Virus record (IMG/VR): IMGVR_UViG_3300042391_000580
Length of the DNA stretch: 64,000 bases
From: a virus
Lineage: Duplodnaviria > Heunggongvirae > Uroviricota > Caudoviricetes
Strand: one strand, 5' to 3'
Shown one piece after another: positions 27,190 to 40,200 of the stretch. The notes beneath the pieces are model-generated. The model made no database searches, had not been told where the DNA came from, and saw only the letters and a program-made list of their open reading frames with translations. Each line of letters starts with the position of its first letter. Position 1 is the stretch's first letter. The translations under genes were made by a program, and so were the position numbers.

Positions 27190-28425
27190 ATGGAAATTAA
27201 CAAAAAAAGATTACAAGAGCTCTATGAGCAAGAACAAAGTAAAACATTAGCCGCTAAGGCTTATTGTGAAGAAGTTGGAATTGTTTATGATGAGACATTT
27301 CGTAAAAAAGCAAATTCTTATATACTTAAATCAGAACGTGGTTTAGATGAAGATTTAGATAATACTACAGATACTGATACAAATCAGTATGAAAAAATAT
27401 CTTCTCTGTCGGCCTTAAAGGAAGACGGTACTATTATGAGTATAAAAGAATATTGTGAATTTTATAAAATCCCTTTTAATGATGTAAGGACTTATAAGTT
27501 AGTTACACACACTGGTAAAGGTGCTTATTATAATATAGCCTCTAATCAAATTGAGGGTGGCCATATGGAGGCTTTCCATAAAAAAATACTAGAGGATATT
27601 GCAAATATCCCTAACAAACCAAAAACAATAAATAGAGTTGGTACAGATGATCTCAAATTAGATGATGAGCATTTATTTGTAATAGATCCAGCAGATGTTC
27701 ACATTGGAAAATTAGCTAAAAGTTTTGAAACAGGAGAAGATTATGATAACCAGATTGCAGTTCAAAGAGTTCGTGAAGGTGTCGAAGGTCTTCTTACTAA
27801 AGCCAAGGGTTTTAGGATTGATAAAATTTTGTTTGTTGGAGGTAATGATATTTTGCATATTGATACACCTAAAAGAACCACTACTTCAGGTACTGACCAA
27901 GATACTGATGGTATGTGGTATACCAACTTTCTGATTGCAAAAGAGCTTTATATTGAGATCTTGAATAGACTTGTTAAAGTTGCAGACGTACATTTTGTAT
28001 TCAATCCTAGTAACCACGATTACACTCATGGCTTCTTTTTAGCTGATGTAATACAAACTTATTTCAAAGACTGTAAGAATATCACTTTTGATTGTTCTAT
28101 CGCTCACAGAAAGTATTATAGATATGGATCTAACTTAATTGGTACCACTCATGGTGACGGTGGTAAAATGGATAACTTGCCTTTAACCATGGCTCATGAA
28201 AGTCCAGATTGGGGTGCTTGTAAACATAGGTATATTTATATACACCATTTTCACCATAAGATCAGTAAAGATTATATGAGTGTATGTGTAGAAGCTTTGA
28301 GAAGCCCATCGGGTACAGACTCCTGGCACCACAGAAATCAATACCAGCACGCCCCAAAGGCGATTGAAGGCTATATACATCACCCATTACATGGTCAGAT
28401 TGCCAGACTAACACATTTATTTTAG
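27190..28425 (+). CDS. metallophosphoesterase-family protein (411 aa; possibly SbcD/Mre11-like nuclease)
   Basis: ordered motifs DPADVH, GGNDILH, PSNHDY, GTTHGDG, HHFHH. Confidence 0.5.
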   Translation: MEINKKRLQELYEQEQSKTLAAKAYCEEVGIVYDETFRKKANSYILKSERGLDEDLDNTTDTDTNQYEKISSLSALKEDGTIMSIKEYCEFYKIPFNDVRTYKLVTHTGKGAYYNIASNQIEGGHMEAFHKKILEDIANIPNKPKTINRVGTDDLKLDDEHLFVIDPADVHIGKLAKSFETGEDYDNQIAVQRVREGVEGLLTKAKGFRIDKILFVGGNDILHIDTPKRTTTSGTDQDTDGMWYTNFLIAKELYIEILNRLVKVADVHFVFNPSNHDYTHGFFLADVIQTYFKDCKNITFDCSIAHRKYYRYGSNLIGTTHGDGGKMDNLPLTMAHESPDWGACKHRYIYIHHFHHKISKDYMSVCVEALRSPSGTDSWHHRNQYQHAPKAIEGYIHHPLHGQIARLTHLF

Positions 28426-28432
28426 TTTATTG

Positions 28433-28475
28433 TAAAAAAATACCCCCTTGGATTTTGTCCTTGGGGGTTTTTTAA
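28433..28475. terminator. bidirectional terminator at the convergent strand switch
   Basis: AAAAAAATA CCCCCTTGGA TTTTG TCCTTGGGGG TTTTTT; A-run one side, T-run other. Confidence 0.6.
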
Positions 28476-28479
28476 TTTA

Positions 28480-31400
28480 TTATTCTTCTTCTGATATTTC
28501 TGCCCAGCCTCCTTCTTTTAGATCATTTTCATCTATAAGGATAGCTATTGGTATTAATGACTCATCTTTATTATAGTAGTCATATGTATCTCTCAAAGAT
28601 TTAAGGTTACCGGCATTCCATAAATCAAATGTAGGTTTTGCTCCAGTAACGTTCTTCAAGAAGTATATTTGTTGTTTTGTCATACCTTTAAACCTACCTC
28701 TATCTTCTACTTCTGTGTCGAATGCTCTGGTGATGTTAAATAAGTTTTCTAATTTTTGTACTCCTACTAGAGGCTCTTTTACAGAACTATAAAATTCACC
28801 AATTACCCCAAACTGTGTTGAAGATGTTTCTGTGGTTACCCTTTCTAACATATAAGCCGCAAATTGTGCTGCCCACATATCTTCTTCATCATCTGCCCAG
28901 TGTCCAACTCCAATTGTTAATAAAAACAATACTGAAAGGAATGCAAAATCAACCATTACTCTCCTGATGTTTTCTCTTTGTACATCATCACCATTTAAGT
29001 ACTGGCTTTTTAGTTCACCTAATGCAGATTTCATACCTCCTTTTTGTAAACCGTTGTTAAAATTTTGTACAAAAAAGTTATAAACTGAGAAGTAAGTACC
29101 CTCTTCCATTTGACCGGTTTGTAGGTTTAAGTGTCTTCTCTTGAACCTATTTGCTGCAGATATAGCTAACCACCCTTTGTGTGTCATTGCAAATCTACCT
29201 AGTACGTCTCTTTGCATAGAGGTTCTTTCCTCGTTGGTAATCATACCATCAATTCTTTCTACAACTTTCTTTAATTTAGTTATAACCCCAATCTCAATGT
29301 TTCTAAAATCTTTTTGAAACTGCTCATCGTTAGTTCTACCCATATCTCTAGCTAAACTATCATAGTCATAAGCTACTGTTCCGTCTTTTGGTGACATGTA
29401 GTTGTACAGGGTTTTATCTCTAAGTAAGTCCCATTGATTTGCCAGGTCTTTTTTAGTAGCTGACGGATTTACTGTTTTATATAAGGATTCAAATTTTTTA
29501 GAATCTACTAATTTACCTTCATATATTCTAAATCCATATAACTGAGAAAGCATTGCTTTAGACAAAGGTGCAAAGTTACCTGCTGTGTGTAGTATATACT
29601 TTGATTTAGCTAATACTCTAGGCCCTTTTGAGTACATAGAGTTTTCAAATTTATTACTTAAATCAAATACACCAAAATATTCTCCATATATAGATAGCTT
29701 AGATTTTGAGTCTATTTCTAAACTTTCCTTCATTGCAGGAAAAGCTATCTTTCTAAACTCTTTTGAAGCTAAATTCATAGATCCAGAATCTACATACTGA
29801 CCAACATATTTTTCTATAATCATAGATGCCTCAGCTGTAAGCCATGAAGTAACTGGTACTACAACATTCAATGCAAGAGAGTTATCTCTAATAAGTTTAT
29901 GCAACATATTTATTATCTTAGTTACATCAATTTGCCCTAGTACTGGTACAGTTACTCTCCAGTTTTTTCTTTCTTTTATACCAAATAAATTATGGTCGTA
30001 GTAAGATTGAAACATTTTGTAAGTGTTTGTAGATGTAGCATCTTTACCTTCTGGATAAGCTCTCTTTAAAACTAAATCATTAAGTGTAGCAAACTCAGAG
30101 AATCTTTCTTTTCTAGCTTTATATAACTGAGATTGTTGTGCAAATAACATAGAGCTATAGAATAAATCTGTAGATACGTCTGTTTCTTCTTCTAATTTTT
30201 TCAAAAAGTACTTCGGTATAATTTTCATGTTTGTTGCTTTTACTAAAGCCTCTCCCTCTACTTCTTCACCAAATGCTTGCTCATCTACTCTAAATCTAAC
30301 AGCATCTCTCCACCACTCTTTTATAGTCCCTCTTTTACCTTTTATTAAATCATTAGCTTTTTCTAGGCCGGTTTTTGAAACTTGTGGTGCTAAGTATAAG
30401 TTGTGTGTACCTAGTTCCCCATAAGATCTTAAACTTTCTCTTTGGAACTCCATGTATTCCTTGTACAAACTAAATAGTTTTTGATTAGTTGTAGCTTGAA
30501 TATTGCCTTCATTATCTAATATAGGGTTATTGTCAGCGTCTAACACAGGTCTAAAAAGGTCTACGAAGTTTTTATTCAAGTACTTACTAAGTTTAGGTTG
30601 TTTAGAACCACCTTCAAAATCCTCTTTGTAATTTGGGTTCTTAAACTTAATTTCCCCCATTTCGTAGTAAGAAAAATTATTACTAACTTTTACATCTCTT
30701 CTTTTGTTTAGCTCTGTTACTAATGTATACACATTCTGATTTCCATTTTTTAATTGGTCGTAAAAGTTTTGTAAACCTACTGGGGCAAATGCTTTATAAT
30801 AAGGTGCTAATTTTGTCTCTGCATATTTTAATTTTGCTGCTGGAATATCATCCTTATTTAATTCAGACAATTCGTTTATCCCCACAGTTCTTAGTATTAA
30901 TGCTTTGTGTCCCTCTGATACTCTTAACCCTTTTAATACATCATCTAAAGCGTCTGAAAATTGTCTTGCTTTCTTAGCATTTTCAACTGTCATATTTTCA
31001 AGAGCAAATTTGTATTTGCCTTCAGCAGTTGTTATTCTTGCGTCAGCTAACATATCGTAGTAAGACTGATTAGGCGTAGACTCAGAAACTCTATTCTCCT
31101 CTGTACCTAGACTAACTTTATCTTTAAATATAGTGTATAGCTCTACGGCCATTCTGTCTATTTCTTCAGATAATTCTATAACTTTACTTCTTTGTTGCGT
31201 TGACATTTCTTCAGCCATCGTGTTAGTAAAGTTTCTAGAGTCTTGGTATTGTTTTAATATAGATTTTCTAGATTGTAGTTTGTCTTTATAAGATTTTATT
31301 TTCTCTATCCAAGCTTGCTCTGAATTTGGGTCTTGGCTATATGAATCTATATAAGTCATCATGCTTTCTGATACATCAAAGTTATTCCAGAAATCATTAG

Positions 31401-34203
31401 AAAAACCTACGCTTGAGTTTAATATAAAAAATTCAACTGCTGCTTCTCTACCTTCTTCTAATTCAATCTTTTGAAGCTCTTCTAGAAATTTAGGTGCAAG
31501 TTTTTCAATATCTATTTTTTGCCCACCAGAAAGTCTTGCCTCTTCTTGCTTCTCAGCTAAAAAAGCTTGGTCTAATTTATTTATTTCAAAAGCTATCTTA
31601 GCCTCCTCACTTACAACTCCTTGAAGTTCATAGTATATTCCAGATACTTCTATAGAGTTTTCAGATGGGTTTTCAACTGGTTTTAGACCTGTTTTAATAT
31701 CCCCAAAACTTTCGAATAAAGATTTTAAACTTTTTCTTTTTAAGTTTATAGCATCTAATTCATACTTATCTTGAGATGTGTACCTTGGTAAACCTTTTTC
31801 ATTTTTAACTCTAGACATAAGACTACCTAAGTCTGTAGACAATAGTCTAAGCTCTGTTTTAGTAGTGTCACTTATTCCAAGTTTTTCATATTTATCATCT
31901 CTATTTTGATAATAATCTTCTGTAAAACTTCTCTCCACTCTTGAATTAACTGCATCATTAACTTCTTTTTCATAAGCTTTTTCTGCTGCCTCATCTGTTA
32001 TTTTTGGTAAGTCGTAGCTTTTTATACCCTTTATTATATCTTCGTCAGACATTGCTGTACCGCTATGAATCTTATAAGCTTGTAACTTTATATCTGTAAT
32101 GTCTTTTTCAAAAGCGTTAAAATCATATAAACTTGTTACATAACCTCCTTTTTCCATAAATTTAGGTAGGTCAGCTTCTGTAAAACCAAGTTTACGAATT
32201 GTATCTTGAAACTGTTTTGCTCTTACTAAATAGCTTTGTTCTGCATCTAGAGTCATATCTGCAATAACACTCCCTAAAATATTAAGTAGTGGATCATGTG
32301 CATGTGTGATTTGACCAAATGCTGAATAAAATAATTGTGTATCTCTAGTAGCAGTAGTAACTGCATCTCTTAGTTTTTGTCTAACTTCGTCATCAAAACT
32401 GTGTCTTATCATTAACCTGTCTATGATTCTGTCTAGTACATCATTTTGTACGTTATCTGCAGCCCCGGTTACAGCTGATACTTTTACAACAACTGCGTTA
32501 ATATCATTTACAATATCTGCTAAATCTGCATCCTCTTTTGATAGGGCTACTAATCTAGATAATACTGGTACAATGTTATCTTTCAAGCCTTGTAATACAA
32601 TACCCTCTTCATTAGATAAAGTCTCACCTCTTCTTTTAGATGTTTCAATAGCTGTAGATACATAGTCTGCTTGTCTTTTTGCTAAAGATATTAAGTCAAG
32701 TATTGAGCTTTTTGTAATAGCTTTATCTAATGCTGAGTTTAACATCTGTATACTAGCTGCAGATCCTCTACCGGCATTTCTAAGACTTCTTTCTTGGTCA
32801 AGTAATGATTTTACCAGTCTTTTTACAATAACATTCTTAGTATCAAGAACCACGTTTCCGCTTGCTTGTTGCTGATACATTCTAAAAGTCTTAGTTTTAG
32901 TTTTGTCTAAGTTTAAATACTTATTTACATCTTTGGTTAATAGCAAGTCCTCTACTTTTACCGTTAGTGCCTCTAAGTCAGTATAGAATGTATCCTTTAC
33001 AACTACAGAATTAAAAAACTTACCTAAAAGCTCAAAAATTCTTTCTATTATTGTTTTGTGTATTTCTGTTTTACCCTCTGTATTAAATCTTTCTTGTATA
33101 GCTTTTGCCAGTTCTTTACCTAATATCTCTCTTCTAACTAAGTTTTCAACTTGTTCAGTAGACATACTTGGGTTTTCTCTTGTGTACAATTCTCTATAAG
33201 ATTGTGAAAATTCTACATAAGAACTGGTTTTGTTTATATTTCTTAATAGGCCCTCTATCTCAGCATCATCCCAAGTTTCAACTATGAAGTGTGAAGTCTC
33301 TTCTGCTAATCCATCAATAGTCATCAGACCATCTTTGAATGCAATTACTTGTCTAGATACATCTAATAATGCTTGAGCTGATGGATCAACACCATTTCTA
33401 ATATTATAGCTATTTATGTAGCTGTTTATAGATGTCACCTTGACACCCATACTGTTTAAAAGATCCAAAAGATTCATTTTTAAAGACTCTTCATTAGTGT
33501 TCAAAGACTCTGTTGAGATACCTGATGGTAATGCATCTTTTACTGCATTGTTTATCATAAGCTCTACAGCTTCATCTTTACTAACAGACTTTTCTAACTC
33601 TCTTAGAGTAGTAGCCCTGAAGTCTTCTAAAGACATTGATTTATTACCTACTTGTACTTTATTCTTGTTGTTCAGTAATTCAATTCTACCGTCTTTGTAG
33701 ATCTTAAAGTTCTTTCTGTTTAGGTTGGTTTTGGCTTCCTCCTTTATGATCTGTTCATTTACTATTTGTAATGGCCCATGGTTACCAGCTGCTTGGTGGT
33801 AAGTTTTTCCATTTTCTATTATTTTTTGATCAGAAAGAATATCACTTTTGATCATGTTGTTTATAAACCCTTCATAGCTAGCCGGGTTTGTGTTTGAAGA
33901 CACTGAAACTAGGTTTTTAAACGTGTTTTCAATACCCATACCTATCTGTATATCCCCTCCTGCTGAGTTCTGTAAAGCTTCTTTGTAAGAATTGAACGTC
34001 ACACCTTTATCAGAAATAAAAGTGATAGGGCTTTGGTCGTTTATTTTTTCTGAATAAACATTTTTAAAAATAGACAAAGCTTCTTCTAAACTTTCTACAT
34101 GTGGAAGTCTAGCTATTTGTTTGAATAGTCTACTTTCTTTACCTTCTAGGTCAAAAACGTTTTTTATACTACCGTTTTTATTATAATTAATCGTACAGCT
34201 CAT
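28480..34203 (-). CDS. giant virion/ejected protein candidate (1907 aa) with C-proximal TM segment
   Basis: single uninterrupted ORF; own promoter; hydrophobic VMVDFAFLSVLFLLTIGVG near C-terminus; no recognised catalytic motif. Confidence 0.6.
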   Translation of the reverse strand: MSCTINYNKNGSIKNVFDLEGKESRLFKQIARLPHVESLEEALSIFKNVYSEKINDQSPITFISDKGVTFNSYKEALQNSAGGDIQIGMGIENTFKNLVSVSSNTNPASYEGFINNMIKSDILSDQKIIENGKTYHQAAGNHGPLQIVNEQIIKEEAKTNLNRKNFKIYKDGRIELLNNKNKVQVGNKSMSLEDFRATTLRELEKSVSKDEAVELMINNAVKDALPSGISTESLNTNEESLKMNLLDLLNSMGVKVTSINSYINSYNIRNGVDPSAQALLDVSRQVIAFKDGLMTIDGLAEETSHFIVETWDDAEIEGLLRNINKTSSYVEFSQSYRELYTRENPSMSTEQVENLVRREILGKELAKAIQERFNTEGKTEIHKTIIERIFELLGKFFNSVVVKDTFYTDLEALTVKVEDLLLTKDVNKYLNLDKTKTKTFRMYQQQASGNVVLDTKNVIVKRLVKSLLDQERSLRNAGRGSAASIQMLNSALDKAITKSSILDLISLAKRQADYVSTAIETSKRRGETLSNEEGIVLQGLKDNIVPVLSRLVALSKEDADLADIVNDINAVVVKVSAVTGAADNVQNDVLDRIIDRLMIRHSFDDEVRQKLRDAVTTATRDTQLFYSAFGQITHAHDPLLNILGSVIADMTLDAEQSYLVRAKQFQDTIRKLGFTEADLPKFMEKGGYVTSLYDFNAFEKDITDIKLQAYKIHSGTAMSDEDIIKGIKSYDLPKITDEAAEKAYEKEVNDAVNSRVERSFTEDYYQNRDDKYEKLGISDTTKTELRLLSTDLGSLMSRVKNEKGLPRYTSQDKYELDAINLKRKSLKSLFESFGDIKTGLKPVENPSENSIEVSGIYYELQGVVSEEAKIAFEINKLDQAFLAEKQEEARLSGGQKIDIEKLAPKFLEELQKIELEEGREAAVEFFILNSSVGFSNDFWNNFDVSESMMTYIDSYSQDPNSEQAWIEKIKSYKDKLQSRKSILKQYQDSRNFTNTMAEEMSTQQRSKVIELSEEIDRMAVELYTIFKDKVSLGTEENRVSESTPNQSYYDMLADARITTAEGKYKFALENMTVENAKKARQFSDALDDVLKGLRVSEGHKALILRTVGINELSELNKDDIPAAKLKYAETKLAPYYKAFAPVGLQNFYDQLKNGNQNVYTLVTELNKRRDVKVSNNFSYYEMGEIKFKNPNYKEDFEGGSKQPKLSKYLNKNFVDLFRPVLDADNNPILDNEGNIQATTNQKLFSLYKEYMEFQRESLRSYGELGTHNLYLAPQVSKTGLEKANDLIKGKRGTIKEWWRDAVRFRVDEQAFGEEVEGEALVKATNMKIIPKYFLKKLEEETDVSTDLFYSSMLFAQQSQLYKARKERFSEFATLNDLVLKRAYPEGKDATSTNTYKMFQSYYDHNLFGIKERKNWRVTVPVLGQIDVTKIINMLHKLIRDNSLALNVVVPVTSWLTAEASMIIEKYVGQYVDSGSMNLASKEFRKIAFPAMKESLEIDSKSKLSIYGEYFGVFDLSNKFENSMYSKGPRVLAKSKYILHTAGNFAPLSKAMLSQLYGFRIYEGKLVDSKKFESLYKTVNPSATKKDLANQWDLLRDKTLYNYMSPKDGTVAYDYDSLARDMGRTNDEQFQKDFRNIEIGVITKLKKVVERIDGMITNEERTSMQRDVLGRFAMTHKGWLAISAANRFKRRHLNLQTGQMEEGTYFSVYNFFVQNFNNGLQKGGMKSALGELKSQYLNGDDVQRENIRRVMVDFAFLSVLFLLTIGVGHWADDEEDMWAAQFAAYMLERVTTETSSTQFGVIGEFYSSVKEPLVGVQKLENLFNITRAFDTEVEDRGRFKGMTKQQIYFLKNVTGAKPTFDLWNAGNLKSLRDTYDYYNKDESLIPIAILIDENDLKEGGWAEISEEE

Positions 34204-34223
34204 ATTTTTTTATTATTATAATG

Positions 34224-34254
34224 CAAAATTAGTATTTTTATTTGTCATATCCAA
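34224..34254 (-). promoter_or_regulatory. minus-strand promoter TTG-N20-TAATTTTGCA for the 1907-aa gene
   Basis: plus-strand CAAAATTA 34224-34231 and CAA 34252-34254; same 23-nt register. Confidence 0.55.
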
Positions 34255-34271
34255 ATACATTAAAAAGTTAA

Positions 34272-34296
34272 GGCTACTTTTCAGCAGCCTTTTCTT
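34272..34296 (-). terminator. terminator after 2469-aa gene (minus strand), GNRA-type loop
   Basis: minus-strand GGCTGCT-GAAA-AGTAGCC then TTAACTTTTT; plus strand also has T-run. Confidence 0.45.
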
Positions 34297-34297
34297 A

Positions 34298-37200
34298 TTA
34301 TTGACAGTTGAAATATTCATCGTCTATCTGTTTTAATTCTTCTTTAGAATAGTAATTTTTTGATGTCTTAAACACCTCTGGGCTATTTTCCAGGTATTGG
34401 TACTTGTTAAAGTTTACATCTGACAAAGGTTTTTCTATACCAGTTAGTTTAAAGTTAGGGTCTACTGAAGGCAGTTTGTTGTAAAACTTAACGTTCCCTG
34501 CTTCGTATATCATTTCAAAAACCCCTTGTGTTGTTCTTACAAATGTATCTGTTTCATTCTTTACAGCTAATACCCCATCTTCTATGTATCTGTAATCTCC
34601 GGATATTTTCTTAGCACTTTCAGGATTATTTGCAAAAAACTCTCTTTGGCTTGTTTGGCTGTCATAGTCTTCAAATACTAACTCTTCTGATGTCATTCCT
34701 AAATTCAAATTCTTAGATATTGCATCGTAGTCTGCCAAGTCTTTTTCAAATTCTAATGGGATAGACATTATTGCTTCCTCTTTAGATAAAGGGTCTTTTT
34801 CTACTAATTCTATTCCTTTTCCTGTAACCTTGAAGTACTTATTGTTTGTCTCTAGTATAAATCTATTGAAGTCTTTTACAAACTCTGTAACCAAATACTC
34901 TGGGCTAGATATTACACTACCTAAACTATCTGTTGATACTTTTATAGGAGTCACTACTAATGGGAAGCCAAAGAACTTTTTATACAAATATATCTTAGCC
35001 AGCTTATCAGGGTCTACTTCGTAATCTGCTACTTCAAGATTTGTTACTTCTTTTTCTACAAAGCTTCTTAAGTCTTCAATATTAGCTACTTCATCTGGTA
35101 ACATTTCAGGATACTCTAGCATTGTATCGTAAAGCTCCTCTAAGCTCTGCTCCTCTGTTTGTCTATAAATATCCCCTTGCTTTTTGACTAAACCAAAATT
35201 ATCAAACATTTGATACTCCGACATATCTGATTCAACAACTGTATCAAATTCATTATCTGTTTCTATTACAGCTGATTCTTCTGTGCTTGTATCAAATAAC
35301 TCTTTATAAATAGTAGAGTAGTTAATTATATTTTCCTCAGTTGGTCCTGTTTCTAGTAGATTTTCCATAGCGTCTAAAAACGCAAGTATATCTTCTCTAC
35401 TATGAGATAACACTTTAGTAGGAATGTCTCTTAGGTCAATACCGTTTGTCATAGCTTTCTTTTTAATAGAGGCTAATAATTTTACTACTGCATTAGGGTT
35501 TTCGTCCCAAACTTCTTCAGAAAACTCTTCGTTTATATATCTAATTTCCTCAGATAATTTAGAATTTTCTTCGTCAATCAATGTATTAGCTACAATGTTT
35601 TCTATGTCTTCTGCCTTATCAACTAACACCCCGTCTTTTGTAACCTTTATATTAACTAATTTATGATTCTTAGCTATATTATCTACTGAAGATTTAAAGT
35701 TAGAGTCTTTTGCATATTTATTGCTAAGATCTGGTAACAAATTATCTGAGATCTCTTCTTCAGAAATACCAGCTATATCTCTAGCTAACTCTGCTTCAAC
35801 TATAAATGGGTTTGCTATTTCTTGTTTTCCAAATATGTTTAAGCTTGTTCCAGTAAGTGTTATAAAGTTTTTATTGTATTCTATCTCAAAAGGTTCTGTA
35901 TTTTTTAATTTTAAATAAGCTTCTTTTATACTTCTTTGTAAGTCTAATGAGCTCATTATTTTTGTTGCCTCATACTTATTAAACACCCCACCTCTTTGTA
36001 AAGATACTAAATTAAAAGATATAATACCAGATTTTGTAATAGCACTTTCTAATTTTTCTAAAAGCTCCGATGAAGAGTTTACTCCAAGTGCCATAGCTGC
36101 ATTTCTTGCAACAACTTGGTCCTCTAATGATAAAGACTCTGTAGAATTATTTTTAAATTGCATCAAATCTTTAATCGAAGGCTCTCCGTTTTCATCATAA
36201 CCATTTGGTGCAAGCTTTCTCGCTGGTCTTTGCATTTCAAAATCAGATGTCTTTTTATACCCAAGTGATGTGTAGAACTTTTCAAGTCCGGCATTAGTAG
36301 TGTTTTTATCTCTACTAGAAATAGTCAATACTGTACTTTTACCTATTGAGTCTGTGTATTTTAAAGCTGTATTAAAAGCTTCTCTTGCTCTACCCTGGCC
36401 TCTAAATTCTTCTGGTGTTTCTACCAATTCCATTTCTATTTTGCCAGTAGGTTTTTCAGTAATTGGGTTTACTTCATTTCTAAAATAAACTTTACTTCCA
36501 TTTACATCTGCAACCATTCTTTCTCCAGCACTTTTTATGTTTAGTTCAGAGACCCAAGAAGGTAATAATCCTACTTTTTGTTCTGCAAAACTCATCATAT
36601 CATATACTTGGTTAGTCAAGATTTTAGCTCCCTCTGTATCACCATTTCTTCTAAGTACTCTAGCTTTATCTCTTAATTCGAAAGCTTTGTCGTTTACTCC
36701 AGAGAAATTAACCCAAGAGTTTTGACCTCTAGTCTCAGTTGTCATGGCAAGTCTAGCTAATGGAGAGTACATTCTAGAGTGTATATTCCATGCGTTTTCT
36801 TCTCCTAATGCACCAAAACCATTTCCAAATTTAGCATGCCCAAAGAAATCGTGTACAAATCTAAATATGTCATTTGCTAATAAAGGCTCCCCATTTACAT
36901 CTTTAAACTTAGTCTTTTGTAAAAGTGGGTTGTCTTTTCTTTGTTGAGCTGTTATAGCCTCATCCCCAAATCCAGACTCCGTTGAGAAAATCTTCATACG
37001 CTTATTACCACGTAAGTCAGCTATCATGTCGGCAGAGTTTTCATACGGCTCCGAATTATTTATCTCTGGTTTGTAACCATAGCTTAGTATTTTTTTATAC
37101 TGGTCTACAGTCTCTTTTACCATAGCTTTGTAAGCCGCTTTTGTTTTAGTATCGTTTGGTGTAGGTTGCATCTTATCAAACTCAGCTGCTATACTTTTGC

Positions 37201-40200
37201 TATTTTCTTTATTTAATTCCTTTATCGGTTCTATTGCATCAATGCTTATACCTTTCTCTAACATGTATTCATCAGCTATTTTTGATGCGTCCTCTAAAGG
37301 TGCATTAAATAACTTATTACCATCTACTATAGAAAAGTTTACATAGCTGTCAGAATCATTAAATCTCTTTTTGGCTTCTTGGCTTTTCTCATATACTTCT
37401 CTAAAGTCTCCAAAATACATATTTTTGACTCTTGCATAAGCACGTATGATATTCATACCACCAAAAGTTCCGGCATCTAAATGCACAGGTTTTCCGTCTT
37501 TTATGCCCCAATTAGCAATATCTCCTAAATCACCATAGATTATGTCGTAGTTTAAATACTCTTCTAATCCATAGTTTTTAAGTACTTCAACCAAGTCTGG
37601 GTTTTTAGTATCAAAGTCTGCTTGACTATATCTGTATAGTTCCATAAGCATTACCTCTGCATCTTCTGTACCATATTGTTCACCATTCACTATGTTGTAT
37701 ATAGGAATTTGATCATTTGGTTCAAGTTGAGTTAACTTTTCAGCTATAACATAATTAAGGCCAGTTTCATAAACTTGTGGAAGGACACCTTTACTTATAA
37801 GCTCTTCATTACCTTCTTGCATGTTTTGAGCTAGTCCTCTGGCATTATTTGCTACTTTTAGCACCTTACCCTCACCTAAATCAAAAACAACTCTGTCAGA
37901 GCCTTGAGATAACTTTACTAAGTTTGGTATATCAAATCTATCTCTTGCTACTTGGTTTACGTCATATTTATACCTAAGATAAGTACTATCTATACCTAGA
38001 TTTTTTTGCATTCTGGATCCAGATAATAATTCAGTGGCAGATGCTGATCCAAACTCTGCTAGTGTCATTGCTGATACTTGTTCAGCTGTGTAGTTTGATA
38101 ACCCAACTGCTGCTTTTATAGCACCCCAAACACTTTTTAACCACTCGCTTAAGCTTCCTTTTTTATTGCTTAACAATAATTTAGCCCCTTGATCACCTAT
38201 TACTTGTGCAAGGACTTCATTATTAAACTCTTCTGAACCTTCTTCTAGATCTGGTTGTGTGTTTTTTACAATATCTATGTATTGTTGAGCTTCTTCTTTA
38301 TTTTTTTCAACAAGAGATAGTCCAGATTTATATATGTCTTCTCTGTTTTCTTTTAGCCAATCTAGATGTAAATGTCCAAATTCATGTATTGGTGTATCTA
38401 ACCCCATTACATCGTTGTTCAAGTACACATCTCCTCTATAAGTAAAACCTGCAGTACTTAGTTTTATACCTTTTTCTAATAACTGTTTGCTAAATTTAAT
38501 ATCTTTGTTTATAGGCTCAACTAAAGTTTTATCTTTTATTGCAAATACAATTTGTCCTTTGTTACCTATATCTTCTCCTTTTATAATTTTTGCATTTTCT
38601 ACTTCTTTTATAAAAGCGTCAAGTTCTTCTTTAGGTAATTCTATTCCTTCTGCTAGTAAAGAGTATCTAATTCTAGTTTTCCACTCTTTTAAATCAGATA
38701 GATTGTCTTGGTGAACTGTTAATAAACCTTGGCCAAAACCTACTTTTTCTACTCCCCATCTTTTATTCCAATTATCTAGGTCTAAAATATCTGGGCTTTT
38801 GATTTTAAATTCTTCTATATTTCTACCAAAAACTCCGGCATATTTTTTTTGTACAGCAAAGTATTGTGTACCTTTATAGTTTGAATCAAACTCTCCATTT
38901 ATGCCTCTGTATACTGCAGGTAAAGATTCTATTTTATATTCTCTTATTAAAGCTGCTGCTTCTTCTTTTACTTCTTGTTCTGTTGAGTTTTCTGATAAGT
39001 ATACCTCTAAATATGAACCATCCACTAAATTAACTTCCCAGAAGTCTTCTTCTGTGTTAAAAAATAAAGAGTCTACATCTTCTTGTGACATAGTTACTTG
39101 CTTAGCTATTTTTGAATCTAAACCAAGGTTTACTAACTTAGCCTCTATCTGAGAGTTAGTCATTTGGAATACATTATTAGCTAACCCACTTAGTTCTAGC
39201 TTAGATATAATCTCTTGTGTTATCTCATTCTTAGAAGTCTCACTCAAGCTTTTAGAAAACATAGGTATAGACGACTTTAACTCAGAACGCATCTTATTTG
39301 TTATCTCAATATAAGGCTGTTCTGCTAAAGTCAGTTTGTCTGCGTTTATTTCTTGTGGTACATATTTTTCAAAATACTTTCTAGCTCCCCCTGCTGTGTT
39401 ATCTAAGTCTGAATTAGATAGTGTTTCTTCATCAACATACTCTACAAATTCTCCATTAACTCTTAAAACAAATCCATCCTCTTCTTCTGTAATTTCTACA
39501 TTAGATTTTTCTGCAAAGTTAACTGTTTCTAATTTAGCATCTTTGTCAAATCTTTGAGCTTCTTTTTGTGCTACTTTTGTTACAATATTGTCATAGAAAG
39601 ATTTCATACCTTCTCCACCTACTTCTAGGTCTAAGCCTGAGTACTCTTTACCTTGACCAGTTGACTTTAAGTCTCTTATTTCATCTAAGTCATTTACTAC
39701 TTTTTTTGCAAACTCTTTCCCAAAAAAAGATTCTAATTCTGCATCATCTCTTACACCTTTTGCACTTAAAATTTTACCGTCTTTTTTTACCTCGGCATTA
39801 TATTTAAACAAACTACTTCCAGCATAGCTTATCTCTATAGCATCTACTTGATTAGATAAACTATACATACTAGAAGATTGCTGTCCTGTAGCAAAAGCTA
39901 CACCACTGTACCCCTCTTGTGCTGCCATTTGTAAAACACGTCTTGTAGCTAAGCCAACCCATTGATCAGTATTTTTATAAGGCATTTCTTGTAAGCCAGA
40001 CTGATCAATATCAATAATATCTCTTTTTGCAGCAGCTATTTGTCTTTCTAAAGGTGTTACTTTTGAGTAGTAGTCTTGTATTACTCTAAAACCTTCTTGT
40101 TCAACACTTGGTAGATCTTCTACCCCAATAGTATTTTCAAGACTTTTTCTAAAATCTAATTCGTTTGCTCTTCTTTCTATAGTTGTATCAGCAACCTCTT

